Part shown: positions 20,022 through 30,627 of the stretch, in pieces
Layout: each line of letters begins with the position of its first letter
Numbering within the stretch: the first letter of the stretch is position 1
From: Cytophagaceae bacterium
GTDB lineage: Bacteria; Bacteroidota; Bacteroidia; Cytophagales; Spirosomataceae
DNA length: 64,000 bases
NCBI GenBank assembly: GCA_024642485.1
Contig: JAHEAY010000002.1
Coordinates: forward strand, 357 to 64,356
Reading direction: 5' to 3'
The notes under the pieces: model-generated
What the model was told of the DNA's origin: nothing
The model's database searches: none
The model's input: only the letters and a program-made list of their open reading frames with translations
Translations under genes and position numbers: made by a program

Positions 20022-22628
20022 CTATTTGACCAAGACAAATCGTTTCAAAACCACTTGATTTTGCACCTGCAATTGCAAGGCGTATGTCCCAGAACCCAAA
20101 TAAGACAAGTCGACTTGTTGGTCAAAGCGGTTGCCCTGTGTCGCATAGTTTTGATTAAACACAGGTCTTCCCTGCAAATCAATCACGCGTAAAGCAATTC
20201 CATTCAGATCAATAGCCTGCTCATATACAACTTGCAAAAGGCCCGAACTTGGATTCGGGGAAATTTGTAGCCCCTTGGCAATGGATGAAGGTTCTATCGC
20301 TAAAATAGGATCCACTTTAGGTGCTTGAATCTTCAAATTATCCACAGCCCAACCCCAGCCGTGCGCACCCACATCCGCATGCAAGCGGAATCGAATGATC
20401 ACTTGGTCATTCACGCTGAATTTTCCAGAGGCCAACATATCTATTTCATGGCTTTTAACCAAGGTACTTGTTGCCGTGGCGGTTGAATTTCCATCTGTAT
20501 CGCTCGCACTATTCCATTTTGACAACCAGGCAGAATTGAGGTTAGAGTCCCAACCATTGGCAAAATTATACCAGGTCTTCCCTTGATCATTCGAGCCTTG
20601 TACAATCACATAATCAAAGAAACTGCGATTCACAGTACCATCAGCATTTAAAAATGCGGCGCCCGTTTCTCCAGGTTCTACCAAAACTATTTCATCGAAT
20701 GTGATTTTTGAGTTATCCGCAGAGATTTTGATGGGCTTCAACAAAATTGCATCCGAATTTGTGTATTTATCGGTCCCACCAAGCCCATCATAAGACTCCT
20801 CAATTCCGTCCGCATAAGGGTGTACGGAATGCAAGGCCCCACTCGAAAAGCCTGCTGCTTGTGTTAAATTAAATCCTTTCAAGAAGAAATCTGCCGACGG
20901 CGTTGTATCAAAGTTCTGTATATAGGTTGCCACTGGATCTGCTAATGCCAAAACTTTAAAGTCGTAGTATCCCGAAGCTGGACTATAAACAATGTTGGAA
21001 ATCTTCGCCGCATCTGCAACCACCACCCGGTAGCGGATGACATCCCCAGCCTTCAACTGTCCTGAAGTAAAATTAAAACTGTTGCTATACTTAACCGTTT
21101 CGCCAGTAATTTTGGTAAAATCTTTCCGAACGAACGCCGCACCATTGATTGAATATTCCATGTAAACCGCTGATATGCCTAAATTGTCTGACGTCAGCAA
21201 AGTTGGCAACGCAACAGTCGTCTGCGAATTAAAAATATATTTCAAAGGATTGGCATAAATAACCACTGGCTTCACGGTATCCGCGCCCACGGTAAAATCA
21301 AAATAACTACCAAAGTTCGTTCCCGTGATCACTGGCGCCTCCGCAGGAGTCGTAAATTTCTTTCCAGCCGCATCGTTCGCAGTCCAATAGTAATTGATCT
21401 TGCGCGTTGCGGATGATTTTGGCAGGGTGTATGTGTAAGTATTTCCCGACTTGACCAAAGGCATGGAAGTCGCAGACAATATACTTTTATCAATCGCGAG
21501 CATTAATTTAACGGACGATTCATTTATCAAGGTATCCGAATAGACTTTGGCGGTAAAGACTATGTCCTTTGAAACATCCTCGGTATCATTGTAATTATCA
21601 GCAATGATGTTTGAGGAAGACCAACCAAAATCACTGAAAGCGCCCAATACGATCGGGCCAATATCTCGAGTAACCTCCCCGCGTGCAATTTGTGGGGTCA
21701 TGAGGGCGTTCGGGTCGCCAACTTTATATTTAGCTTGGTCGACGTGGTAAATGCTTGAGCCATCCGAAAAACTCGTAGGCGCATATAATTTCCCTTTCTC
21801 ACCATTCAATCGCACGATATTGGGAGAACTAATAAAAAGGCTATTCGAAGAAACTTGCGTCTTCAAAGAGGCTGACGGATTATCAAACTTCGTCGTATCC
21901 ATTAGGGCCGCACCGGCCGAATTAATCATAAACTGATCAAAAATACCTGGATATCCGTAGGACGCTTGTGATTTATCAGAGGTCAACCCAACCTGCCCGA
22001 TAAAGCCTAGCCCATGCCCAAATTCGTGCAGCACCACCGAATAAAGGTCGATTTGATTGAGTTTAGGCACGCCGTCAGTTCCCGTGTACCAATCCGTAAA
22101 GTCGGAATTAAAGGTTGCCACGATATCTGGATTTGTGCCATTCAAATTCTTATGCGCCATTTTCTCGGCTAAGGCAACAGGGTACCAAGTATTCAGTCGA
22201 TTGGACCCAACAAAATTTCGAACATTGGTCGATGCGCCTGCACTTCCCAAAACCCCCGTCGCCAAGGATTTCCATTGAACATAAATATTGATTGTTACAT
22301 CTGAATTTAGGGAAGTAGCCCAAAGATTCGCAGCGCGCTCAAAAATCGTCTTAATATCTGCCGGTGGCGCAGTTTCATAAGTTACAACAACCTGTGTTCC
22401 TGCTTTCACAATTGCTGCCGCTTGAGTAGCACGCGCATTTCGATTTTGGATTTCCTCCAACATGCGTTGGGAATACCCTTCTGGTAGTTCCCGGTGAATG
22501 CCTGATTTTTCGGGTGTATATTCCTCGACGATTAAGCCCGGCTTAAACTCCATTTTAATTTTTTGCGCCAAGAGATTACTCGTGCTTCCAACTAAAACCA
22601 ACAACAAATAGTAGTAAAACTTCTTCAT
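20022..22628 (-). CDS. T9SS-secreted zinc metalloprotease-like protein
   Basis: Signal peptide; HEFGHGLGF zinc motif; type A CTD ISPNPS...IDLQGR...SGTY. Confidence 0.8.
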   Translation of the reverse strand: MKKFYYYLLLVLVGSTSNLLAQKIKMEFKPGLIVEEYTPEKSGIHRELPEGYSQRMLEEIQNRNARATQAAAIVKAGTQVVVTYETAPPADIKTIFERAANLWATSLNSDVTINIYVQWKSLATGVLGSAGASTNVRNFVGSNRLNTWYPVALAEKMAHKNLNGTNPDIVATFNSDFTDWYTGTDGVPKLNQIDLYSVVLHEFGHGLGFIGQVGLTSDKSQASYGYPGIFDQFMINSAGAALMDTTKFDNPSASLKTQVSSNSLFISSPNIVRLNGEKGKLYAPTSFSDGSSIYHVDQAKYKVGDPNALMTPQIARGEVTRDIGPIVLGAFSDFGWSSSNIIADNYNDTEDVSKDIVFTAKVYSDTLINESSVKLMLAIDKSILSATSMPLVKSGNTYTYTLPKSSATRKINYYWTANDAAGKKFTTPAEAPVITGTNFGSYFDFTVGADTVKPVVIYANPLKYIFNSQTTVALPTLLTSDNLGISAVYMEYSINGAAFVRKDFTKITGETVKYSNSFNFTSGQLKAGDVIRYRVVVADAAKISNIVYSPASGYYDFKVLALADPVATYIQNFDTTPSADFFLKGFNLTQAAGFSSGALHSVHPYADGIEESYDGLGGTDKYTNSDAILLKPIKISADNSKITFDEIVLVEPGETGAAFLNADGTVNRSFFDYVIVQGSNDQGKTWYNFANGWDSNLNSAWLSKWNSASDTDGNSTATATSTLVKSHEIDMLASGKFSVNDQVIIRFRLHADVGAHGWGWAVDNLKIQAPKVDPILAIEPSSIAKGLQISPNPSSGLLQVVYEQAIDLNGIALRVIDLQGRPVFNQNYATQGNRFDQQVDLSYLGSGTYALQLQVQNQVVLKRFVLVK

Positions 22629-22646
22629 AGCACGAATTTAAATGGA

Positions 22647-23294
22647 TTAGGAATTCAATTTTTGTAGATTTTCAAACAAATCGACGAAATCAGCGGCAAC
22701 CCATTGTGTATGTGCTAATTCAGTCGGCGTATGTGAGGTCGTAATTCCCACAACCTGCATCCCAGCGTTCAAACCTGCCGAAATGCCTTGCATCGAATCT
22801 TCAATCACCCAACAATCGGCAGGTGCCACCCCCACCATTTCAGCAGCTTTCAAATATATCTCAGGATCCGGTTTTCCTTTGCGCACCTCTGCCCCACCGA
22901 TAATCGCATCGAACTGATCCCGAATACCTAAACCATCCACAATAAAATCAATATTGCCAGGACCGGCTGATGTGGCCAATGCCGTTTTAATTCCCTGCGC
23001 CCTCAAAGCCTTTAAAAACACCAACAATCCAGGCGCCGGTTTCATGTGCGCTTGGTAAAATCCCCGATATAAAATCTCCTTTTCTTCTTCGAGCACTTCG
23101 ACTTCCGCACGGGTCATCTCCTTTTTGTAAAACCACTCAAAAGTATCTTTGGAATTCATGCCATTTAATTCCTTGTAAAACACCTCACGTGTCAACGGAA
23201 TATTATGACGTTCACAAAACAATAGCCAGGCGTCTACATGATAAGGTAAATTATCAACTACTACACCATCCATATCAAAAAGTACAGCTTTCAT
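22647..23294 (-). CDS. HAD family phosphatase (beta-PGM-like)
   Basis: FDMDGV, KPDPE and IEDS motifs. Confidence 0.88.
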   Translation of the reverse strand: MKAVLFDMDGVVVDNLPYHVDAWLLFCERHNIPLTREVFYKELNGMNSKDTFEWFYKKEMTRAEVEVLEEEKEILYRGFYQAHMKPAPGLLVFLKALRAQGIKTALATSAGPGNIDFIVDGLGIRDQFDAIIGGAEVRKGKPDPEIYLKAAEMVGVAPADCWVIEDSMQGISAGLNAGMQVVGITTSHTPTELAHTQWVAADFVDLFENLQKLNS

Positions 23295-23296
23295 GT

Positions 23297-24067
23297 TTAA
23301 ATACTTAGGCTTAGGCCATCATAGGCCAAAAACACATTGGGAGGTAATTCTTGTTGGACCACTTCATGCAATCCCATCATGTGGCTGATATGCGTAATAT
23401 AGGCCTGTTCGGGCTGTACTTTGGCAATAACTTCCAATGCCTCATCCAAAGTAAAATGCGAGACATGCTTCGTTTTACGCAAGGCATTGATGACGAGTAT
23501 TTTGGAACCTTTGATCTTTTCCAATTCTTCATCGGCAATGAAATTCGCATCCGTGATGTAGGTAAAATCCTCAAAACGAAAACCTAAGACATCCAAAAAA
23601 TAATGCTTCACGAAAATGGGAATGACCTGTACCCCTTCGATTGAAAAAGGTTGTCCATCGATTTCATACACGTCGATTTCAGGAACACCTGGATATTTAT
23701 GCTCGTCAAAAGCGTAGGCAAATTCGCGCTTCAATTGATCGATTACCTGGGCTCTCGCATACAAAGGAATAGATGCTTGTTGGGCAAAATTAAACCCCCG
23801 AATATCGTCTAAACCGGCCGTATGATCTTTGTGTTCATGCGTAAAAAGTACGGCATCTACACGCTTAATCCCTGCACGCAAAATTTGTTGGCGAAAATCT
23901 GGCCCCGTATCAATGATGAAACTTTTCCCTTGCACCTGAATGTGCATGGAAACGCGTAAGCGCTGATCGCGCGAGTCTTGCGAGGTACATACCTCGCAGG
24001 AACAAGCGATCATGGGTATCCCCTGTGAAGTTCCAGTCCCTAAAAAGCGTACCTGGATTGGGGACAT
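23297..24067 (-). CDS. MBL-fold phosphodiesterase (PhnP-like)
   Basis: GTGTS, CSCEVC, THEHKDH and AYDG motifs. Confidence 0.88.
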   Translation of the reverse strand: MSPIQVRFLGTGTSQGIPMIACSCEVCTSQDSRDQRLRVSMHIQVQGKSFIIDTGPDFRQQILRAGIKRVDAVLFTHEHKDHTAGLDDIRGFNFAQQASIPLYARAQVIDQLKREFAYAFDEHKYPGVPEIDVYEIDGQPFSIEGVQVIPIFVKHYFLDVLGFRFEDFTYITDANFIADEELEKIKGSKILVINALRKTKHVSHFTLDEALEVIAKVQPEQAYITHISHMMGLHEVVQQELPPNVFLAYDGLSLSI

Positions 24068-24071
24068 AAAA

Positions 24072-24440
24072 TTATTCAGTTAATGCTTTCACTTGAGAAA
24101 CCAAAGCATCAAAATTCAAAGGCTTTGCTAAGAAATCGTCAAAACCTACGGCCTTGAAATCTTCCATTGTATAGTTTCTAGCATTTCCTGTAATTGCAAT
24201 CATTGGAATCGCTGCTTTTTTAGCATCAGTTAAGGCACGAACCGCTTTCGCGCAATCCATTCCGTCCATCACAGGCATATTGATGTCCAATAAAAGAATA
24301 TCAAAATCAGCTTTTGCTAATTCGTCTAATACTTGCTGGCCATTTTTCACCGCATGAATTTCAAAATTTTGAAATTCTAAAATCTTACGCGCTAAATTTT
24401 GAATGACAGAGCTATCCTCAGCGATTAATACTTTTTTCAT
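24072..24440 (-). CDS. Single-domain response regulator
   Basis: AEDS, DINMPVMDG and KP receiver motifs. Confidence 0.9.
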   Translation of the reverse strand: MKKVLIAEDSSVIQNLARKILEFQNFEIHAVKNGQQVLDELAKADFDILLLDINMPVMDGMDCAKAVRALTDAKKAAIPMIAITGNARNYTMEDFKAVGFDDFLAKPLNFDALVSQVKALTE

Positions 24441-24514
24441 AAAATTCGATTTGATATTTTGAGGCTAAACCTCATATTCAAGTAAAAATAGAGAAACAAA
24501 TGAAATTACGCAAT

Positions 24515-24544
24515 AAAAAAAGCGACTCAATTGGAGTCGCTTTT
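24515..24544 (-). terminator. Terminator after the DUF2911 gene
   Basis: AAAAGCGACTC/GAGTCGCTTTT stem. Confidence 0.75.
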
Positions 24545-24562
24545 AAAATGAATTCAATTTCC

Positions 24563-25072
24563 TTATTTCACATAAATCGAAACAGATGATTTATCCCAAT
24601 CCAAAGTAATTTGTCCCGCAGGTGAAACTCCAATCGTGAATTTTTCAGTCATAGCATGATCACTTACTTTACCTGTCACACGCAAAACATCCTTATCTGC
24701 TTTGTATGTATAAGCGCCCCATTGTTTCGCTTCGCTATTGAAAATCACCGTCCATTCGGTCGGGCCTGGAATTGTAAATAAAGAATAAACCCCTTTAGCC
24801 AAAGGCTTTCCTTGAACGGTCACATCCGCAGAAAACTCAATCGTTGTTGCTTCATTCGCACCCGTACGCCAAACTTCCCCGTAAGGAGCAAGCGCTTTGG
24901 CATCTTTCGCACCAAATACCAAACGTCCTTTTACGGAAGGCTGTGCATATTTAATCATCACTTCTGTCGTACCTACTTTTTGAATAACCACTGCTGGTGG
25001 CGAGGCTGGCGCTTTTTGAGCAAATGCTCCAAAAGTCATCACACTGAATAAAATTGCTAAATACTTTTTCAT
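24563..25072 (-). CDS. DUF2911 family exported protein
   Basis: ASP, PSVKGR, WRTGANEAT and YSLFTIP motifs. Confidence 0.85.
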   Translation of the reverse strand: MKKYLAILFSVMTFGAFAQKAPASPPAVVIQKVGTTEVMIKYAQPSVKGRLVFGAKDAKALAPYGEVWRTGANEATTIEFSADVTVQGKPLAKGVYSLFTIPGPTEWTVIFNSEAKQWGAYTYKADKDVLRVTGKVSDHAMTEKFTIGVSPAGQITLDWDKSSVSIYVK

Positions 25073-25092
25073 AATTATTTTGTTGTTTAAGA

Positions 25093-27327
25093 TTACAAAT
25101 TAAGCCAATAATTCAATTTTAACACGATGGCCCGGTTACGAATTTGCATTACCTCAGGGAAATAGTTGTCGGTATACACCAAAAACAAATCCGATGCCGG
25201 CTTATACCTCCATTGCAAACGAGCATTTAAATTAACATTTTTCGTTTGTTGGTTCAACTGAAAAAAGGTCGCAAAAAACAACTTGTTGCTGAAGGTTATA
25301 TCAATTTTAGGTCGGATAATCCAAAACTGTGAAGATACTTTTTGATCCGCGATGACCGTATTTCCCGGAATAAAAACATCCTGAATATCATTATAATCTA
25401 CCGCCACCGATACGCTACCATAGGGTTGAAAACGATATCCCATATCTGCCGTGATTCCAGTCCGAGTTCCATGTCCATAATAACCGCCATAGCGCGCCGT
25501 GATGTTATACGTAAAGAGTTTAATTGGCGAGGAAACATATTTTAAATTCAAGGCATACCAATCATGTTCAGAACCTTTCAGTAAAGGCCGATTTCCCATG
25601 CGCGTCGCATCAAAATCATATAGTAATTTGACAAAATCATAAGAAGCATAAGCCCCAAAATTGGACCGATCTTTCATCGTACCCTCATAGCCAACAAATG
25701 TCGTGTTGTCGGTAAAAGTCCCTTGATTGTTCCAATAGGACGACGACGACCCTTTCAATGTAGTAAAAAACAAATTTGTTGATTTATTTTTCGGATAGAA
25801 AATTTTTCCCGCTTCTGGCAGAATTTGCAAAAAATTCACGCGCGGCACATAACCTACCTCTGGATTATAATTTTGGCCTACCCATTGTTCCTTAATCGAA
25901 ATGGCCCAATTATTGTCGGCATATGCCAAAGAAGCCGCTTGCGAAAAACTCTGATCTAGATTCTGTGGACTGATGGTTTTGGCAAAAAATGTAGAACCGG
26001 TCCAAAAATTATCTTTCGATGCTAAATTATATTCGACACCAATATCTCGGTTATAAGGTTGATACCCATTCGCCTTTTGTAAATCTGTATCTATAAATGA
26101 TTCTTTGCTAACCATGTAGGCGCCAATATTCGACCGAGCAAATAATTTACGTTGTAAAGCAATCATCGAATAATTCTGAGTAGGAACCCCCTTGGCATCA
26201 ATGCGCTGCGACTGCACATTCAAGGCTCCGATTCGCCAATCCGGATTCAATTTACCACTCACACGAGCTCCGTAGGTAATAGGCGTTTGCTCATAAATTC
26301 CAGTCTTAGGATTCAAAGCCAAACCAATCCGACGCGAGAAAAAAGGGCGAATATTATCCGTTCCAAAGCCATCAAACAAATCCGAGTTCTCAATAAAAAA
26401 CTGGCGTTTTTCGGGGTAAAAGAGTTCGAAGCGATCCAAGTTTGTTTGTTGGCGATCCACATCCACCTGCGAAAAATCCGGATTCAAGGTCATGTCCAAG
26501 TTCAATCCCGAATTTATCGCAACTTTGATATCCCCACCTATTTGATTGCGCAAAGCAGCAGGGTCCTTCGACTCATAATTCGCCGTAAGCCCTGAAAGGC
26601 CGTAGGGAATAATGGATATATTCTTTTTAGGTGCGGGCGGTGGCGTTTCCCAAACCAAAACACCCGCATAGGCTAAAGAAGCCGTGGGAAATTGTCGGGG
26701 AACAGGTGCCCAGGCCGACTTCTCTTTGGCCTTCAAATCATAACGAGAGAAGTTGATGCCCCAGCGTTTGATATTGTCCTTATAGCGAATGGACTTGAAC
26801 GGAATAGCCGCTTCAAAAATCCAAGAATCCCGTTTATAGGTTGTAGCGGACTCCCACTTATTGTCCCAGTTGAGGTTAACTTTGGCACCTTCTGACATTT
26901 GTCCGTCCCATTGCGCACCTGCGGCATTCGCTCCAAAAGCAAACCCCGTTGTTTTATCTTCAAAGGTATCGATGAAGACCAAAAAATTATCATTCACCCC
27001 AAAGGAGAAATCGCGTTTCATGGATTCGACCACAAAGGCACCGGGTTCCTTTAAAAAACACTCAGCAGAAATGTAGATGTATTTATCGTCGTAAGACATT
27101 TTCACATCCGTACGCACTTGGGCACACAAAGAATCGAAAGGATTACACATCATGAAATCGCTGACCGCTGCGGCATCAAACCAGGCTTGCTCATTCAAAA
27201 CACCATCAATCACGACCTTACCCGTCGTTTTTTGAATGTGCATTTGAAATTTGTCATTGATTTTCTGTGCCCGTAGCGTTGGAATTAAACAGCTCAGGAA
27301 ACACAGGATGAGAAAAATTCTTTTCAT
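25093..27327 (-). CDS. CBM9-like domain plus DUF5916 outer-membrane beta-barrel protein
   Basis: IDGVLNE..W, EAAIPF, NPDFSQV and PEKRQFF motifs; aromatic C-terminal strand. Confidence 0.8.
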   Translation of the reverse strand: MKRIFLILCFLSCLIPTLRAQKINDKFQMHIQKTTGKVVIDGVLNEQAWFDAAAVSDFMMCNPFDSLCAQVRTDVKMSYDDKYIYISAECFLKEPGAFVVESMKRDFSFGVNDNFLVFIDTFEDKTTGFAFGANAAGAQWDGQMSEGAKVNLNWDNKWESATTYKRDSWIFEAAIPFKSIRYKDNIKRWGINFSRYDLKAKEKSAWAPVPRQFPTASLAYAGVLVWETPPPAPKKNISIIPYGLSGLTANYESKDPAALRNQIGGDIKVAINSGLNLDMTLNPDFSQVDVDRQQTNLDRFELFYPEKRQFFIENSDLFDGFGTDNIRPFFSRRIGLALNPKTGIYEQTPITYGARVSGKLNPDWRIGALNVQSQRIDAKGVPTQNYSMIALQRKLFARSNIGAYMVSKESFIDTDLQKANGYQPYNRDIGVEYNLASKDNFWTGSTFFAKTISPQNLDQSFSQAASLAYADNNWAISIKEQWVGQNYNPEVGYVPRVNFLQILPEAGKIFYPKNKSTNLFFTTLKGSSSSYWNNQGTFTDNTTFVGYEGTMKDRSNFGAYASYDFVKLLYDFDATRMGNRPLLKGSEHDWYALNLKYVSSPIKLFTYNITARYGGYYGHGTRTGITADMGYRFQPYGSVSVAVDYNDIQDVFIPGNTVIADQKVSSQFWIIRPKIDITFSNKLFFATFFQLNQQTKNVNLNARLQWRYKPASDLFLVYTDNYFPEVMQIRNRAIVLKLNYWLNL

Positions 27328-27376
27328 GCTCGTTTAAATAGGTTAACAAACAAAGGTAAGTTATTTTTACCTGGGA

Positions 27377-27408
27377 CTTGTGGGTCTTATAGGGCTTGAT
27401 TATTTTTG
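27377..27408 (+). promoter_or_regulatory. yebC promoter (divergent TACCTTTG at 27358-27351 for the DUF5916 gene)
   Basis: CTTG, 20-nt spacer, TATTTTTG. Confidence 0.55.
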
Positions 27409-27434
27409 CATCAAAATTTTAAAACCGTTAACGC

Positions 27435-28151
27435 ATGGGAAGAGCATTTGAATTCCGAAAAGCACGTAAATTCAAGAGATGGGGGCAGATGGCCAAGACC
27501 TTTACTAAAATTGGTAAAGATATTGTCATTGCCGTAAAAGCTGGAGGTGGAGACCCTTCATCGAATTCACGTTTAAGAGCCATCATTCAGAATGCGAAGG
27601 CAGTGAATATGCCAAAGGAAAACGTGGAACGTGCGATTAAACGTGCTACATCCAAAGATCAAGAGGATTACAAAGAGATTGTTTACGAAGGATATGCCCA
27701 ACATGGCATCGCCATTTTGGTTGAGACAACAACGGATAATATTAATCGTACGGTAGCCAATATTCGTTCATCATTCACGAAATGTGGCGGTTCATTGGGT
27801 ACAACGGGAATGTTGGATTTCATCTTTACCCGTAAATCCGTTTTCAAAATCGCAGCTAAACCGGAAATCGATTTAGAAGAATTGGAATTGGAATTGATCG
27901 ATTTAGGTGTAGATGAGGTATTTTTAGATGAAGAAACGAACCAAATCAATATTTATGGTGAGTTCACAGCTTTTGGTGGAATTCAAAAATATTTAGAGGG
28001 TCAAGGATATGAGTTGTTGGGTGCCGACTTTGAGCGCATTCCAGATGAAACAAAGGAGTTGACGGACGCGCAAGTGGCGGATGTAGAAAAACTCATCGAG
28101 CGACTGGAAGAAGACGACGATGTACAGAACGTCTACCATAACATGGGATAA
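27435..28151 (+). CDS. yebC: YebC/PmpR (TACO1) family protein
   Basis: MGRAFE, NMPKENVERAI, YEGY, TDNINRT and DDDVQNVYHN motifs. Confidence 0.93.
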   Translation: MGRAFEFRKARKFKRWGQMAKTFTKIGKDIVIAVKAGGGDPSSNSRLRAIIQNAKAVNMPKENVERAIKRATSKDQEDYKEIVYEGYAQHGIAILVETTTDNINRTVANIRSSFTKCGGSLGTTGMLDFIFTRKSVFKIAAKPEIDLEELELELIDLGVDEVFLDEETNQINIYGEFTAFGGIQKYLEGQGYELLGADFERIPDETKELTDAQVADVEKLIERLEEDDDVQNVYHNMG

Positions 28152-28152
28152 T

Positions 28153-28183
28153 AAAAAAAGGCCAGGAAACTGGCCTTTTTTTT
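28153..28183. terminator. Bidirectional terminator
   Basis: A7-GGCCAG-GAAA-CTGGCC-T8. Confidence 0.85.
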
Positions 28184-28225
28184 ATGTATTCAAATTCCGA
28201 ATAGGAAAAAACTTATTTCCCCTTT

Positions 28226-28258
28226 AGCTTTGGCAAACCTCAAAGGATTGCCAAAGCT
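28226..28258. repeat. REP-like palindrome, copy 2
   Basis: AGCTTTGGCAA-ACCTCAAAGGA-TTGCCAAAGCT. Confidence 0.85.
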
Positions 28259-28277
28259 TAGAAGCCTGAATCCGAGT

Positions 28278-28979
28278 CTACGATTTTAGGCGATATAAAT
28301 AAGGTGCCTTGTGTGCCCCTCCGGTGTACTTCTTCTCGATCCGCTCCAGAATATCCAAGCTCAAAATCTTCCGTTGAAAGTTCGTCCGAACCAAGCGTTT
28401 GCCCAAGATTGTTTCATACACAACTTGTAATTCCGACATCGTGAACGTGTCACCTAGCAACTCAAAAGCAACTAATTTATCATCCAATCGTTGGCGCAAA
28501 GCTTCCAAAGCCTTGATTACGATTCGATTATGATCGAGGAATAATTTGGGCAAGGCTGAAACATCCATCCATTCAGAAGCATCTGATAAACCGCTTGGAT
28601 TAACATGAACCTTTGAATAATCAACCAATGCATAATACCCAATGGTAATGTATCGCTTCGACAACCAAGCAAATTCCTCTTCTGATCTCCCCATCGCGGC
28701 ATTCACATCACGATGTTCTTCCGTTGCACGGTAATTACGCGCTAAATCCCCAAACGTATAAAACTGCTCTAAATAAATATCCGTCAGACCTGTTCGCTCT
28801 TCCAAAATACGTGCTGCCGCCTGATCCACATCTTCCTCCACACCTACAAAACCACCCGCTAGCGCCCAAACAGGGCTCTTTTTAAATTTCAACAAAAGAA
28901 CTTTCAGTTGGTTTTCATGAAATCCAAAAATCACACAATCCACTGAAATCCCCGGCAACCATTGCGCTTCCACTCCCAT
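28278..28979 (-). CDS. NrtR-family regulator (Nudix-like domain plus winged helix)
   Basis: SVDCVIFGF, WALAGG, LEQFYTFG, FTMSELQ..YE and NFQRK motifs. Confidence 0.85.
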   Translation of the reverse strand: MGVEAQWLPGISVDCVIFGFHENQLKVLLLKFKKSPVWALAGGFVGVEEDVDQAAARILEERTGLTDIYLEQFYTFGDLARNYRATEEHRDVNAAMGRSEEEFAWLSKRYITIGYYALVDYSKVHVNPSGLSDASEWMDVSALPKLFLDHNRIVIKALEALRQRLDDKLVAFELLGDTFTMSELQVVYETILGKRLVRTNFQRKILSLDILERIEKKYTGGAHKAPYLYRLKS

Positions 28980-29621
28980 TTATTTGATGTTTTTAAGCAT
29001 AAAATCCTGAATCTGCTTCGCAAAAATCACATAGCCTTTTTCATTCAAATGCAGTTTATCAGCGACAAAAATATCTTGCATCAAGGTCCCATCAGCCAAA
29101 TAAAATGGATTATGCATATCGATAAAATAATCCCCTTTGGCCTTAATCAAGGCGTTTAATTCCTTTTGCTTATCGACCAATGTCGTACGTGCCAAGCTTG
29201 GTCGGGCAGCTACAAAAACCAATTTCGCACCTGGAACTTGCTTCGCTAATCGAGCCTTGAATTCATCGTATTCTGCGGCAATAATTTGAGGACTTGTACC
29301 CCGAGCCAAATCATTATCTCCTTCGTACATAATCACCCATTTCGGTTGGTACTTCACCACCATCCGATCAAAATAATATAAGGCATCCGCTAAAGTCGAC
29401 CCACCAAATCCCCGATTAAACGCAGCAGGCATGCCCTTCATGTCGGCATCAAAAGACTTCCATAAACGGAAACTTGAACTACCAATAAACAATACCTGGC
29501 CTTTGGCAGGCATAGCTAAGGAATCTTGTTTTTCATAACCCAAAATCTCTTTTTCAAAAGGATTCTGCGCCAACAAATTTGTGCTTACGAAAAGCAATAA
29601 AGCAATGATTATCTTATTCAT
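28980..29621 (-). CDS. SGNH/GDSL hydrolase, exported
   Basis: GSSS, NRGFGG, GDND and DKLH motifs. Confidence 0.85.
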   Translation of the reverse strand: MNKIIIALLLFVSTNLLAQNPFEKEILGYEKQDSLAMPAKGQVLFIGSSSFRLWKSFDADMKGMPAAFNRGFGGSTLADALYYFDRMVVKYQPKWVIMYEGDNDLARGTSPQIIAAEYDEFKARLAKQVPGAKLVFVAARPSLARTTLVDKQKELNALIKAKGDYFIDMHNPFYLADGTLMQDIFVADKLHLNEKGYVIFAKQIQDFMLKNIK

Positions 29622-30621
29622 TTGGATATTTTAAACCGATTTGAGCACGTATTTCATCTAATAATCCCATCAATTCTTGGCTAAACTGATGTGACATCCA
29701 AGCATTTTCGGTCCGACCGGCCCACAAATCCTCCTGCACCGCATCCGCCTCATAACTATATCCCCAACCTTTGCGTTCCGTTTCAAATACCGTTTCCTCG
29801 CCATCGTAAATGGTCAGCGTCATCCCCTTCGTTTCATGGAAACGCGGATGCATATAAATCTTCCCTAATGTTCCGTAAACCATACAAGTCGTATCCGTTT
29901 GCGCAGCAAATGTCGAGAACAAACTCGCCGTCGCACCCGAAGCATATTTCGTCGCAATCGAACAATTCATATCCACGCCCGAAGGCGCCATCACGCCCGT
30001 CGCTTTCATTTCCAGCGGTTGGCCCAACAATAATTTCGAGATAAATAAAGGATAGATACCTATATCCAACAAAGATCCACCCGTCAAATGTGGATTAAAC
30101 CAACGAGCCTCCTCATCGTAATCGGCTTTGAAACCAAAATCTGCTACGACATGTTTGATTTCCCCAATAAGTCCTGACGCAATGATTTCTTGTAATTTGG
30201 CCACCGAAGGATGAAAGCGAGTCCATAAAGCTTCCATCAGGAAGAGCTTTTTCTCACGCGCTTTGGCAATCATCGCATTAACCTGCTTGCTATTTATCGC
30301 AAAAGCCTTTTCACATAAAACAGGGACACCAGCTTCCAAACATAACATCGTATGATCATAATGCAATCCATGCGGCGAGGCTATGTAAACGACATCAATT
30401 TCGCCACTGGCCAACATCGCCTCGTAAGAACCATAGGCTTTCACATCAGCACCGTATTGCGCAGCAAACGCCTCCGCCCGACCTAAATCGCGCGATGAGA
30501 CTGCCGCTAAGTAACCGCGTTTCGCATGGACGAGATCATCCGCAAATTTTGTTGCGATGCCGCCGCACGCCAATATACCCCAACGAATGGGTTTTCCAGT
30601 TTGAATCATAGGTTTAGACAA
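29614..30621 (-). CDS. Gfo/Idh/MocA oxidoreductase
   Basis: WGILACGGIA, CEKA and GGSLLDIGIY motifs; alternative start ATG 30609. Confidence 0.88.
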   Translation of the reverse strand: MSKPMIQTGKPIRWGILACGGIATKFADDLVHAKRGYLAAVSSRDLGRAEAFAAQYGADVKAYGSYEAMLASGEIDVVYIASPHGLHYDHTMLCLEAGVPVLCEKAFAINSKQVNAMIAKAREKKLFLMEALWTRFHPSVAKLQEIIASGLIGEIKHVVADFGFKADYDEEARWFNPHLTGGSLLDIGIYPLFISKLLLGQPLEMKATGVMAPSGVDMNCSIATKYASGATASLFSTFAAQTDTTCMVYGTLGKIYMHPRFHETKGMTLTIYDGEETVFETERKGWGYSYEADAVQEDLWAGRTENAWMSHQFSQELMGLLDEIRAQIGLKYPNE

Positions 30622-30627
30622 TTGTAC

